Positions 12,129 through 25,379 of a stretch of DNA of 64,000 nt are shown one piece after another. Where the stretch lies: assembly GCF_009914755.1 (NCBI RefSeq), contig NC_060937.1; one strand, written 5' to 3'. The notes beneath the pieces were generated by a model. The model did no database searches, had not been told where the DNA came from, and saw only the letters and a program-made list of their open reading frames with translations. The position numbers and the translations under genes were made by a program. Numbering within the stretch: position 1 is the stretch's first letter; every line of letters starts with the position of its first letter. Origin of the DNA: the human T2T-CHM13v2.0 reference genome, Homo sapiens.

Positions 12129-15108
12129 GAAAATAGCATGCGGCCACAGGACATTGGAACTGGAAGAGAGAGAGAAAGTATGTGTGTGTGCACATGTATG
12201 TGCATGTGTGTGTGTGCATGTGTGTGTGTATTAGGAGAATCACTGGGGAGGGGAGCAGATGTAGAGGGAAGCAGTAAAGTCATAAAGTTGGTGAGAGTGG
12301 CATATGGGCATCAGAGGTCAATTTTGCCAGCTTCATTCTCACTATAAATCTTTATTTTGTTCCTGTGAGGTGTCACTGTTACACTATATTGCAAGAGTTC
12401 AGCGATCGTGGCCCATTTATAATCTTAACATGTATCTATTTAAGTCATGCCTTGGGTCTTCAATCTACCATTAGACAATATTTATTAAATTCATGAAATT
12501 GTGCTTCAAGTAAAAACTGTGGTAAACAGCTTCAAGTAGTACACATATTCTTTGGTTTTTCTATAAAGTGTAAATTTGAAGGCAAGGTTAGATTGAAGAG
12601 ATTTCTGAGCTCACAGAAAAGCTGATTGCCTCATACCAAGAAACAGAGTTTTGCTCAATTGAAGAGTCTAAAGTGGTTGCACTATCAACAGTCTTAAAAG
12701 TAGAATTGCAAGGATATTCTGAGGTAGACAGTGCTTCTGTGTCTTACTAATAACATTGTGTGCATCCTAATAAATATCGACTTAAGAAGAGGGAACTACT
12801 ATAATTGTGGAAGGGACAGTTGAATAAAAGAGAATATGGAGTTTTGCTCAAAACATTTTAACTGAAACATTTGTTTGTTTGTTTTCATAAAATATTCATT
12901 TCCACTGAAAGTTTGTGGACTATCAAAAGTTTGTTTCGTAAGGGATGGTACAAATTCACTTATCAGGTATTTTTTAATTTTAAAAACCAATATTTCAAGC
13001 AACCCACCAGAGATTTCCACTCTCAATTAAAAAAAAAAAGTCTTCTCTGAATTAAAATAACTTTAATGTTTGAAATGCCTTGATTTAAGATTTTTCAAAC
13101 TGGCTCATTCACAATATGAAAGTGGTATACCTATGAGATCATTGACTTTTGCTTGCAATTATCCTAGCAGTTTAAAGAAGTGTAATTGATGCTAAAATAA
13201 CTGCTTCTTAACATTTTCAAGGTACTGAAAAGACTAGCTGGAAGTGAAGAGTTGACCCTTTCTGAAAACCTGAATAACCAGAGGTTCCCTAGTCATCAGT
13301 CACAGCAACAGCTAGCTCTTCTTTGAAAACAGGTCCATTTTTCAAGCTGTTGTTGGCATTGCTATAGATCCTGGAGGCATGACTGAAAACAAGATCATAA
13401 CTGAGCCTTAGGAGGTCTGCTTATCTCTCACAGCAATGAGCTGGCAGAGGATGGGGACCCAGGCTCTTTGAGTGCAGGGGAACAATGCCCCTGCTTGGAG
13501 ACCTAACTGATTGTAAACCTTCTTGGTAAAAAGGTGTGAAGAAGTGGGTCTCAATGTTTTGTTTGCTGCCTTAGGATTTGTGTGGGGGTGGAGGCTGGAA
13601 GGTTATACGGAGTAGGCAGAAAAGACATGATTAAAACTATTCATTTCATGAAAAAAAAAAAAAAATTTGCTCTGGCTTCCCGGCAGGCTTGATCTCTTTG
13701 TTACGCCGTTTATTTGGAAAGTCCTCTTGAAATGTCATTCAGGAAGTGCCACTCCAGCGGCCTCGCAGAAAAAGAAAAAGGATAGTTAGGGAAGAAGAGT
13801 GAGAAGATAAAAAGCATCCAATTTTAAAAGAATAATATTGAATTAGAAGCATCTTAATTTGTGCTTGCTCAATCCTGTGAATTTTACCTAGATTACAATC
13901 AAATTATCTCCTATAAGAAAAGAAAGATTTTAAGGAATTGCTAATCTTTTATTTAAAAAATAGTGCTTGATCTTTCTCCTTCTTCACTAACATGTTAAAA
14001 ACATGATTTCACCATATGGAAAGCCAGTCCGTGCCTAAAAGGAAAAACAGAAACAATCATAAAATAATAATGCCCATAATTAAAATAAGGGCAAACATAC
14101 ATTTGGTAAATATGTCAGTGTAATGAATAAATAGTTGGTGCACTCTATGATTTGGTTCTCAACTAATTGATGTAAACCTTCAATTTGATTTTCTGGTTCC
14201 TTTTTATGCCTCTCAATAACCTCCTTCTGCCCCTCAAGATCTCCCGTTGACATCAAAGGGAGTGTAGGGTACACGAGAAGAGACACCAGCAGGAGCACCG
14301 AGGAGAAGGAGGGTGAGCGCTGCAAAGACCACATTTGTTGGAGCTAATTTTTAAAGAATGAACACACAGTTTGAGTCTATGTTTAATGTAAATATATAAT
14401 TATCAAGAAGAAACACTGCAACCCTTCTATCCTTCATCTGTGAAAGCTAGATCTAGAAAAGCTAGGCGTTTCAGAACTTCAGGAGTAATATTAGCATATA
14501 CTCATTTAAATTGTGGATTATTTTCATTCTCTGAAACCAGATGAATGTGGAGCAAAAGCAACTTTGGCAATTTAAAAGAACGAGTCAGGTCTTTGGGTTA
14601 TTAATTAGAATATAGTCAATCTGCTTGTCTGCATTGAAACTTGTTGAGTAGGGACAGGGAGAACTGGGGAAGTGGTGAATAAGGAAGAGATCATCATTTA
14701 TAATGAATTTGAGATTTATTTTCCAAAGTTTATCTGTGTTCTGCAGTCTTGCTGCAAAATGGATTCAAACTCAAAAGTTGGATAAATAACAGCATAACTC
14801 ACTCACAACATTTTCAGTTATAACTATAATTAGACACTCCAGTAAATCAAATATCTTGCCTAGAGTTTCTGTATTCCATAAAAAGTATAAAAAATTTATT
14901 TCTCTCAAAGAAAATGATATTCTGTCATATAATCAATGTATTTAATAACTGAGCAAACTGGAATCATTTCCATTCCTAACATCAGTAATGTTGTCTGACT
15001 CTTAATGAATGTGGCATCGCATAAAAGTTTATTGATTGTTAGAACCAAACAAGGTAGGTAAGAAAAATCACTTTTATCCTTTAAAAAAAAAATATATGGA
15101 GAATTTGA

Positions 15109-15451
<343 letters not shown>

Positions 15452-16557
15452 TAGTTAGTAAAGAGCTAGATTCTTATATTTTAAATATTTTAAATATATT
15501 TTTACATTTTTTATAATTAATTCACTTTTTAATGTACAACTAAAGTTTCAAATATGTAAAAATAATTCTACTTTAATTTATATATATGAATGAAATATAT
15601 ATGTATATTCCAACTTTGTCTTGTTATAAGAAATAGCTATTTAGCATTATTTGACCACTTTGAGAGATAATGTTTTCTAACAACGTGAAATCTTGAGAAA
15701 CATCTAATCTTTGTGTTGAAAGACAGTAATATTTTACATGTTTCTTGCATGTGTGCCAAAATTTCACTCCACTGGTATTAAAAAGTTTAAGCAACTAAAG
15801 CATGTTCTGTACTACAGTGTATAAGGCAATACAGTAATTTAAAATGATTTAGTGAGGAAGAAAGAGTGAGAAGTGTTAGGAAAAGAATAGCTGTTATGTG
15901 CCTCAGAGATGGTCTTAATTTATAACCTGAAGGGTTTTATTATAACAAAATCCAGTTGCATAGTCTCCACATTAAAATTAAAACTGGTCTTCAGGATACA
16001 TATTGTAAACCCACGACATCAAAGACTATGATTTTGAGAAAAAATTATTCTTTAGAAAGGAAATACCCTATACTTGTCTAAAAATAAATTTTGCAGAAAG
16101 CCACCAAGACAGTGTTCCATTGTAGGCTGTGAATCGTTTCAAAGGGATGGTGTTCTGAATATTAACATCATGTCACATCTCCCCAAGATGCATGCAATTA
16201 CCCTGGAGAGAAGCGCTGGAATTGGAAGGTCTCAAGGGCTTACTTAGATAATGACATAAAATAAACTGCAACGATTCCCCGTGTGCTTTTCCAGGAGACA
16301 TATTATTTAAAACCTATCTAGGACTTCAAGAATGAAAGACAGAGGAATGTCCACTTTATGAAATTGCTATTAAAGTGTGACATAGAGTTGAAGACAAGGT
16401 TAATTATTGGTTTTTAACCGAAGTATCAGTCTTGTTTAATATCAGTGCCCTGTTCTTAAATATTGAAGCAAGTCACATTTTTCAGGGACAATTGCCTTTG
16501 AATGAAGAATGACAGAGCTCTGGTCTTCGCTGACCCTTGCAACTCCTGCAGCGTAAT

Positions 16558-16583
16558 CCATGGCAACTCGTTACTACGGCAAC
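16558..16583. promoter_or_regulatory. Candidate RFX X-box plus adjacent half site
   Basis: GTTACTACGGCAAC (16570-16583) preceded by CCATGGCAAC (16558-16567) in non-repeat DNA. Confidence 0.4.
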
Positions 16584-18421
16584 CAAGGAACATGCACCAG
16601 ACCAGGATAAAACCGTGAAATCTGATGTCATATTTTCATAAGACATAATTGCAAATGATATTCTAAAGCAGATTTGTTAAACGTGTGATCTAAATTATAA
16701 GTTCGTTGGAAGTGATTATGAAACCTTCATTGGGACTAAGAATTAAGGGTCTGTGTTCATGCACTCAGTGATTTTATTGAACACCTACTATGTGTGGCAC
16801 ACAGAGATGAATAAGACATGGTTTCTCATGTCTATTCTTCCCCTCAGCCTCACCCACTTCAGCTAGAAGTTCCAAGTTCGTCCACTGCTTTTTTCACAGG
16901 CTTCCCCCACCCCCACCCCCGCCAAATGAAGTCGGTATTTTCAAATGTTTCCATTGGTTTAATCAATATAAAATCCATAACCAGATCTCATTGGGGGTAG
17001 AAATTATACAAATATTTGCCAAATTTCCAAGTTCCTTTCTGTAATAGAGTTTTGCTCTCAGTTTTACTTTTCCCATCTTAGAAAATTGACCAGTATTTTT
17101 GGCTCTGGGTCCCACAGCAGAAAAGAAGGCTTCTAATTCATTCTGTTGGTGTTTTGAGTTCCTGAAGTATTTGCAGTGACTTTCATCCAAGTATCTCAGG
17201 TATTTCTTCTTTGTCACACATTTTAATGAGAAAGTGAGAAAGAAAACTGTTATTGATCTTAGTCTATCAGAATTTTGCAATTACACTATAAAAAGTCAGT
17301 TTTATATGTTATGCTTACAACAAAACATGGTACCTAGTATTGAGTTTTGTATTTGGGCTCTATTAAGGATTCCTTGGTAGACCTGAGATGAACATGGCAA
17401 TTGTCATAGTGATGTGTATTGGCCCTAACCCTGCCACTGGCTCTGACCAATTTGTTTCTAGGTCAAAACCCATAACCAATCTGAAAACAAATGTTATAAT
17501 CATTCTTTAAATTTGCAAACTCTACAAAGGGAAGTATCAAGCCTCTTGGGAAATAGGAGAGAACAAAATGACTGCACAGAAACCACCATTTCTCCATCCT
17601 CATTCACAAATTAAATGTAGATTGTTCTAACCGTTGCATTTCCCAGCAACCCCTGAACCCCAAGTTGTGTGATTAAGACATGGTTCCCAGTGCAATCACT
17701 CTCTGATAGATATCTACCGACCAAACTGTTCTGCTCCAACCTGTTTCTAAGTCAGGTAACTGAGCTGCTCTTTCTGTTTCAGATCTGTTTATATTGCAAG
17801 GACAACCCTCATGTCACATATTAAGACAATATAAAGAAAAGCCTATTTGCACTTCATAAGAGCTTGGATGCAGAAAAAAATCTGCTGTGTGAGAGCCGCG
17901 GTCATTCCATTATTCACTGAAAAAACATTTATGCAGGACCTGTTGGCCAAGTGCTTGCAATGGCTTGAAGAAATACAGTCCTTGAATAAACTCACAGTTA
18001 GTGGAGAGAACCAAATACTAGACATGCTAAATAAGCAACAGTTATCAGACTTGTCATTAAGAGATGCACAGCCTGCCATGGGAATGTGATGCAGATCTGA
18101 GGGGAAGCCTGAGTCTCCCTACAGAAAAGGTGTATGAGAGCTCCATACAGAGGGAATGGTACATGTGCTGGTGTAAAAGATGGCACAGCATTGCAAGGAG
18201 ATGCAAGAAATTCAGTGTGGATGGCATTTTGTTTACCTATAGCAGAGAAAGGCACGGGTGACAGTATGAAGGGCTACACTTACGAGTTTGCTCATCTCCC
18301 TCAAAAAAAAAATAAAAATAAAAAAACAAGGGACATTTTATAGGATTATTTTCATCTATCTCCATGGAGTGCTGGCCCGGCCAGCAACCATGAGACCTGG
18401 GACAGCTTCAGCTACGGCTTT

Positions 18422-18790
18422 ATATCAGTTATCTATTGTTGCATAACACAGAACCCAAAAACGTAGCACCCTACGCAGCACAGTTTTTATTTCACAGTTT
18501 GTGTGGGTCAGCTGGTTGCCTCTGGCCCAGCTGAAGGGACACTAGAGAGAGACAGAAGGATGTGCATTCCTGCTCATTCATGCAGTTGACCTCCCCCGGG
18601 ATGAGTAATTCAAGGGAGAGCAAGATGCATGCACTCAGGCTGAAAGACACCCAACACAGAAGCCACAAATTTTTGTAACTCATTCTCAGAAGTGAATTAC
18701 CATCACTTTGCCATCTTCTCTTTGTTGGAAGTAGGTCACTTGGTCCAGCCCACAGTCAAGGGAAGAGTATTACCCAGGCTGTATACACAG
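18422..18790 (-). mobile_element. MaLR LTR fragment (MLT1-like)
   Basis: TCAGTTATCTATTGTTGCATAACA...TTTATTTCACAGTTTGTGTGGGTCAG resembles the reverse of an MLT1 3' end. Confidence 0.6.
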
Positions 18791-18999
18791 AAGGCAAGGC
18801 ACAGGAGTAGTCTGAAGTTCTTGCGTATGGCTGGCAACATGATACCATACCACAAGAGCAGAGAGGGCAGGGATAACATCTTTTAATTACATCAATGATT
18901 TCAGGTAGCATTTATCGTGCATTTACTAGAATCTAGGTACTGTGTTTATTTATTTTTTTTCTGGTTTGCTTGGTGGGTTGAGCTACAGAAGTACAGTAT

Positions 19000-19180
19000 T
19001 TAATTCCTATGACAACCACATGAGATAGGAAGTATTGTCTTCATTTTACAGGTGAGGAAAGTGTAATCAATTTGCCCAAGGAACAACAGCCAACAAATTT
19101 TAAGGTAGTGTTTGGAACTGGGATTCAGACCTGACTCCACTATGTCTCTCTCTAAAACCTGCTCATTTAACCACTGTCCA
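19000..19180 (-). mobile_element. MIR SINE
   Basis: CATTTTACAGGTGAGGAAA...TTTGCCCAAGG...GGGATTCAGACCTGACTCC. Confidence 0.7.
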
Positions 19181-19890
19181 CACAACCTCCGATATCCCAT
19201 CTGCTTCTGCGAACCTATTGTCAACTAGAGTCTTCTTTGGACTTTGGAACAAGGTATAACTTTAATGATGCTCAAAAGAGGGAAACATAATATTTCAAAG
19301 AAAAATGTCGAACAAGACCTTATGACAGTGACTCCATGCCCTGAAGACTAGAGCTCCTAGGACTCATTGTGTTACTATTATTAAACAGTACAGAAAATTG
19401 CCCATGCACAAACTGAATCACAGGCTTGCAGTTCTGAGCCTGCAGTACATGATCTCACCCTGGTTCAAGACACCACCCTATTGACTTTTGATGTTCTAAG
19501 TGGCATTGTGAAGCCGACCAAAAATGCAACTGTAGACAAAACTAGTCTTGTATTAAGGCCAATGCTCTGAAAGGAGGACACACAATACACAGAATTTTCA
19601 TTCAAAATTAAATACAAAAATCAAAATTTGACACCACAGCAAATAAACATCAAAATATGTAGAGTTCCCCAAAAGTGGTCATGGGTGATGAGCTGTAAAA
19701 GAAAATCTATTTTTACCAAATGGTTGAGAAGCTATGAAAGCATCGGGTAAGGGAGCAAGGAGACACGGGCTCCACTTGATGCTGTGGTTCAAAGAAGAAA
19801 CATGTTCAAATGTGTTCTGTAATAATAGCTCTTGTTTTTGTTCATTCCAAGGTACTTAAAGTACTTTGTGAAATCATGACTAAGAGATAG

Positions 19891-20205
<315 letters not shown>

Positions 20206-20714
20206 TAGGTATTATTATTATTCTTTTGGGTGCAGAAGCTGACTCTTCCTTCCTATTGGTCCCCACCAGTCATCCAATCTTAGATCACAGAACAACCACT
20301 CCGTCCCAGGAGCTTATTTGGACAGCTGGGGTGAGCTCATGAGGAAGACACATCCGTGAGACACTCACCCACTGTGGAGGAGAAGAGTCATGATGTGGAA
20401 AGGCAGGTGGCACAACAAAACGCTGCAAGAACACAGACACAAGAGGGAAGGATTCTTCCAGGGGCTATTAGAAAAGGTCGACAGGGGAGATGAAATCTAA
20501 GCTAGACTCTGAAGGATGGGTAGAAGGAAAGGGAAACCAGGAAGAGGGAACAGTGTATGTGAAGCTGTCGGGGAGTAAAGAAGTCTGCGGTCTCTGAGGA
20601 GCACTCAGTAAAGACAAGGTCAAACCTCTATCCACACGCTGGCCCCTCTCAAGCCACCATGTCTCACTTCAGTTTAGCACAGCATACGCCTTGCTGCATT
20701 TGGCCTTTTGTTTG

Positions 20715-21438
20715 TGTTTAGACAATGTTTGTGTCCCCCTGAAATGTGTAGGCTGAAAACTAATCCCCAGTGTGGTGGAGTTAGGAGCTGAGACCTCTGG
20801 GAGGTGATGAGGGCATGAAGGTGAATCCCTCATGAATGGGGTTAGCGCCCTTATAATAGAGACTTCAGAGAGCTCCCTTGCCCATTCCACCACATGAGAA
20901 CATAAAAAGGATGCACTGTCTGTAAACCAGAAAATGACCCTCAACAGCCCCTGAATTTGTGGGTGCCTTGATCTAGGACTCCCCAGCCTCCAAAGCTGTG
21001 AGAAATAAAGTTCTATTGTTTATAAGGCACCCCATTTATGGTATTTTTGTTCTGGCAGCTGATATGGTTCGGCTGTGTCCCCACCCAAATCTCATCTTAA
21101 ATTCTGGGTCCCATAATCCCCATGTGTCATGAGAGGGACTCGGGAGGAAGTGACTGGATCATGTGGGTGATTTCCCCCATGCTGTTCCTGTGAGCGAGTT
21201 CCCATGAGATCTGATGGCTTTGTAAGCATCTAGCATTCCCCCTGCTTGCATTCATTCTCTTTCCTGCCGTCCTGTGAAGAGGCGCCTTCCACCATGATGG
21301 TAAGTTTGCTGAGGGCTCCCCAGCCATGCAGAACTTTGAGTCAATTAAACCTCTTTGCTTTATAAATTACCCAGTCTCAAGTATTTCTTCACAGCAGCGT
21401 GAGAACTGACTAATACAGCAGCCCAAACAAATGAAGAC
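20715..21438 (+). mobile_element. MLT1A/MST-like LTR split by a THE1 insertion
   Basis: AATGTTTGTGTCCCCCTGAAAT...TGTGAGAAATAAAGTTCTATTGTTTATAAG...GCAGC, resuming GCAGCCCAAACAAATGAAGACA after the THE1. Confidence 0.8.
21060..21417 (+). mobile_element. THE1 (THE1D-like) solo LTR nested in an older MaLR LTR
   Basis: TGATATGGTTCGGCTGTGTCCCCACCCAAATCTCATC start, GACTAATACA end, perfect 5-bp TSD GCAGC (21055-21059, 21418-21422). Confidence 0.92.
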
Positions 21439-22587
21439 AGTTTGATAATCACCATTGTCTTTTAGTTTAGTTTTTGTTCTGATGAAACTCTTGCCTATTA
21501 GAATTACATATTGAGGTCCCATGGGTGGTGCATGCAGGCTTTAAGCCACAGAGAAAACTTTAATTTTTCTCAGAAAAGACATTTTGCAGGGTTGTAATAT
21601 GTTATTTATTTTGCTTCCAGATATCAGCGGTGCTCCATGGCCTTCCCACTACTTCTTTATTAAAATCCCATCCCTAACAATTTCGCTCCTGCTGGGTGAG
21701 TGCCAACACAGGCACTTACCTGGAGTGCCCATTTCGGGTCAGCCTCGTAGGAACTTCTATAATCACAAATGCATAACACAGAGCAGGTGCCTCTTTAAAT
21801 TACCCAGTACCAGCAAATGCTTTTTTTTTTTTTAACTTTAATTTTAGCAAATAAGAGAAGGAAAAAGAACAAATCCATGAAATATAAAAATAATTTCTCA
21901 ACAGAAAGTACCTTTTCCCTGGAAAATAAACACCAGTGGGTTTATTACCAGCCATCCTTCAATTTTGGGTCATTTTGCCACATAAAACATTAAATGATTT
22001 CTCCTTTTGAAAACTATTCTTACCATTAACTTAATGTGAAACAAACAAAAAAAACCTGAAGGATAAAATTAGATTTTGTGATATATAAATACGGTTTTTT
22101 TCCCCAGTTACTGATCTTCTGCATTAAAAACAAAAATCAAATAAAACTGAAAGTACCCAAACAAGATAATAATGTTCTTAACAGAAAACTAGACTTATGT
22201 ACAGACATGGAAAGTTATGCAAGGAACTTGGTAAAGAAGGGGGGAAAGAAGGCAGTTGAAAGATTCCATTTTGGTTTAAAATTATTTATAATATTTACGT
22301 GTTCATAAATTAATTATCTTAAATCTGAGGAAAATTATTTAACAGTGGTTTTTTCTGGGTGATATGAGAAAATTTCACTTTTTTATATTACAGACTTCTC
22401 TATGTTTAAAGCTTTGTATATATATTTTAATCTTTTTATAACGAGCACATGCTTCTTTTATAGTTGGAAAAATCAATCAATAAATAAACAAACACTTTCA
22501 TCGTCTACCCCTTGTAAGTATTGTATGCCTCTCTTACAGTCTGAGAGTAGATAAGATTTCTCCAGCACTTTTAAAAGTCATTTCCTA

Positions 22588-22893
22588 GGCCAGGTGTGGT
22601 GGCTCACGCCTGTAATCCCAGCACTTTGGGAGGCTGAGGCAGGTGGATCACTTAAGGCCAGGAATTTGAGAGCAACCTGGCTAACATGGTGAAACCCCAA
22701 CTCTACAAAAAATACAAAAAATAGCCAGATGTGGTGGTGCACACCTGTAGTCCCAGCCACTCAGGAGGCTGAGGCAGAGAATTACTTGAACCCAGGAAGC
22801 AGAGATTGCAGTGAGCCAAGATCATGACACTGCACTCCAGCCTTGGTGACAGAGTGAGACTCTGTCTCAAAAAACAAAAATAAAACAAAAATA
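22588..22893 (+). mobile_element. Alu
   Basis: Full dimer; TSD AAAGTCATTT on both sides. Confidence 0.95.
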
Positions 22894-23064
22894 AAGTCAT
22901 TTTCTTGCTAGAAAGGGGAACTTTCCTCTGTCTTGTTCCAGGATGCTTCCTCCTTCTTAGGTGAAATATTAATAATCCCGTTACCCAGCAGTGGCAGTGC
23001 TGCTAGACTGCGAGGGGCAGGAGTTCCCACAGATGTCGGTGAGCTTTAAAATTAGCAAAGCACA

Positions 23065-23111
23065 CCCAAACCCAAACCCAAACCCAAACCCAAACCCAAA
23101 CCCAAACCTAA
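23065..23111. repeat. (CCCAAA)7 hexamer repeat, i.e. (TTTGGG)7 on the minus strand
   Basis: Seven perfect CCCAAA units (23065-23106) followed by CCTAA. Confidence 0.95.
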
Positions 23112-23964
23112 GGAATCCTACTAAGCCACAGCCCGATGGAGGAACTCTGCCTCCTGAAATCAGCGGGGTCCAGCCTCTGCCTGGAGCAGGCCTCTCACTA
23201 TAGACACTAACCTGCCAGGATGCAGTTTCACTGCTAAACTTAAATCATTTTTTCCTCATCTGGAAAAACAAAATAAAATATGTTTCAGGCTTTTGCCTCA
23301 TAAATAGTTCCTAAACCTTCAGGACCTACTACCATTTGTCTTTCTCAGATTTTTTTTTAAATAAAAATGGTATCTGCTTTATACTGAATTATGTATTTGT
23401 TATGAGTTTAATATGCAGAATACTCAATGCAGTTTTACAAAACACAGCAGGCATTTTCCTGTGCCTCTCCTGTGCTTTGCATCTGAGTGTGTCTGAGAAT
23501 CACCAGCCCAATATCCCTGGTAAAGGACTCGGGGTCTGTCTTCTGAGCTCTGCTCTGGTCATAAGGGACACCAGAGCTCTGCGAACAAGCCTCAATCGCC
23601 ACCCCCTGCTTTTATGCGTGTGGTTCCCTCACCTGGGTTCCTGCTCCTTCTTCCTGCCTCCTCCCTCCAAGGCACCTGAGACCTCACTGAAGGCTCAGCT
23701 CAGGCTTTACCTTCTTCGCGACACTCTCCCTGGTCTTCTCCCCGAAAACTCACCACTTTCCCAAGATGCTCCCATAGCATCCTACACAAGTCTCTTTTCT
23801 TTTTTTTTCAACTATTCATACTGCAAACACTTTTCCTTATGTCTCTCCCTAAATTACAGGTACTATATTCACTTTATCTTTTCCCAACACAGTGCCAGCC
23901 ACAGTGTTTAATGTGTTTGCTAAACAAATGATTACTTGAGTAATTAAGAAATAGGAAAAGGGTT

Positions 23965-24303
23965 TGCTATGGTTTGAATATTTCTGCCCCCTCCAAGTTT
24001 CATGTTGGGACTTGAACCTCAGTGAGAGAGTGTGAACAGGTGGGGCCTTTAGGAGGTGATGAAGTTATGAGGGCAAAGCCCTAATGAATGGGCTTAGCAG
24101 CCTGGTGAAAGGGTAGGAGAGAGCCGGCTAGACTTGGCCCTTCTGCCATGTGAGGACCCAGCACAAAGAACCTCACCAGACACCAATGTGGGTGCCTTGA
24201 TCTGGGACTTCCCAGACCCCAGAACTGTAAAAAACAATGTCTATTGTTCATAAATTACCCTCTCTCGGGTATTTTGTTAAAGCAGCATAAATGAACTAAG
24301 ACA
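23965..24303 (+). mobile_element. MaLR solo LTR (MST-like)
   Basis: TGCTATGGTTTGAATAT start; ATAAATTACCC...GCAGCATAAATGAACTAAGACA end. Confidence 0.82.
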
Positions 24304-24382
24304 ATGTTTCACCCTACCCCTGTCTCTAACCCTCACTCCAGTCCAAACTCAACTCATCCTATGTGTCTCTTAACATGAGTGC

Positions 24383-24490
24383 AGAAGGAAAAGAGCAGGG
24401 AGGAAAGAAAGGGAGGAAGGAAGGGAGAGAGGGAGGGATGGAGGAAGGAAGGAAGGGAGGAAAGGAGGAGAGAGGGAGGGAAAAAGAAAA
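24383..24490 (+). repeat. GA-rich polypurine tract
   Basis: Near-continuous GGAA/GGAG/GGGA run. Confidence 0.85.
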
Positions 24491-24498
24491 CGAAGTAA

Positions 24499-24563
24499 AG
24501 TGATCTGCCTGCTTCAGCCTCCCAAAGGTCCAGGATTACAGGCATAAGTCACCATGCCCAGCC
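24499..24563 (-). mobile_element. Alu 5' fragment (~65 nt)
   Basis: GTGATCTGCCTGCTTCAGCCTCCCAAAGG...GGATTACAGGCATAAGTCACCATGCCCAGCC. Confidence 0.8.
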
Positions 24564-24742
24564 CTCTCTGTGCTTTTTTATGTGACCTGTATTAAATGAT
24601 CACTAGAATTTAGTTAGTAGCTTGTACAATGATGCTCCTCACCCCTAATATATTAGGGTCTCTTTTAGCAAATATTTATTGAATAGCCATCATTTGCCAA
24701 GCAGTATGCCAAGCAAAATAAGCCAGATATTTTGCTCACTAA

Positions 24743-24832
24743 ATATTTTTCTATTTTACTTCTCGTGGTTTTTATGTATGTCCACTTTTCCTGATTGGAA
24801 TATAAATTTCTTAAGAGCAGAAGCCTTCTTTT
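24743..24832 (+). repeat. ~90-bp direct duplication of 26536-26625 (L2-derived)
   Basis: Shared exact core TGGTTTTTATGTATGTCCACTTTTCCTGATTGGAATATAA; ~90% identity overall; offset 1793 bp. Confidence 0.88.
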
Positions 24833-24950
24833 TAAAACAATGAGCAAAGTATCTGGTAGGTCCTAGCCTCATAAATTCCGCAGTTTGATGGGGTTAACTG
24901 ACATTGATTAGCAATTACACATATATATTTATAAACCATGATAATTGCCA

Positions 24951-24976
24951 TATATATATATGTATATATATATGTA

Positions 24977-25008
<32 letters not shown>

Positions 25009-25023
25009 CATATATATATATAC

Positions 25024-25085
<62 letters not shown>

Positions 25086-25355
25086 CTTCGCTCTTGTTGC
25101 CCAGGCTGGAGTGCAATTTCGGCTCACTGGAACTTCTGCCTCCTGCGTTCAAACCATTCTCTTGTCTCAGCCTCCCAAGTAGCTGGGATTACAGGTGCCC
25201 GCCACCACACCTGGCTAATTTTTTTTTGTATTTTTAGTAGAGACAGGGTTTCACCATGTTGGCCAGGCTGGTTTCAAACTCCTGACCTCAGGTGATCTGC
25301 TTACCTCAGCCTCCCAAAATGCTGAGATTACAGGTGTGACCCACTGCGCCCGGCC
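24951..25355 (-). mobile_element. Alu (AluSq/Sp-like) whose tail position is occupied by a (TA)n(GA)n microsatellite
   Basis: GAGCTTCGCTCTTGTTGCCCAGGCTGGAGTGCAAT...CCCGGCC preceded by (TA)n then (GA)n at 24951-25079. Confidence 0.92.
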
Positions 25356-25379
25356 AAATAAATTTTAAAATACACATAA

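Noticed and set aside
23336-23911. Longest ORF in the track (191 aa)
   Set aside because: Starts at TTG, overlaps L2-like sequence, and shows no recognisable domain or exon structure
24383-24490. GGAA microsatellite enhancer of the EWS-FLI1 type
   Set aside because: Only a few consecutive GGAA units; the tract is a mixed polypurine run
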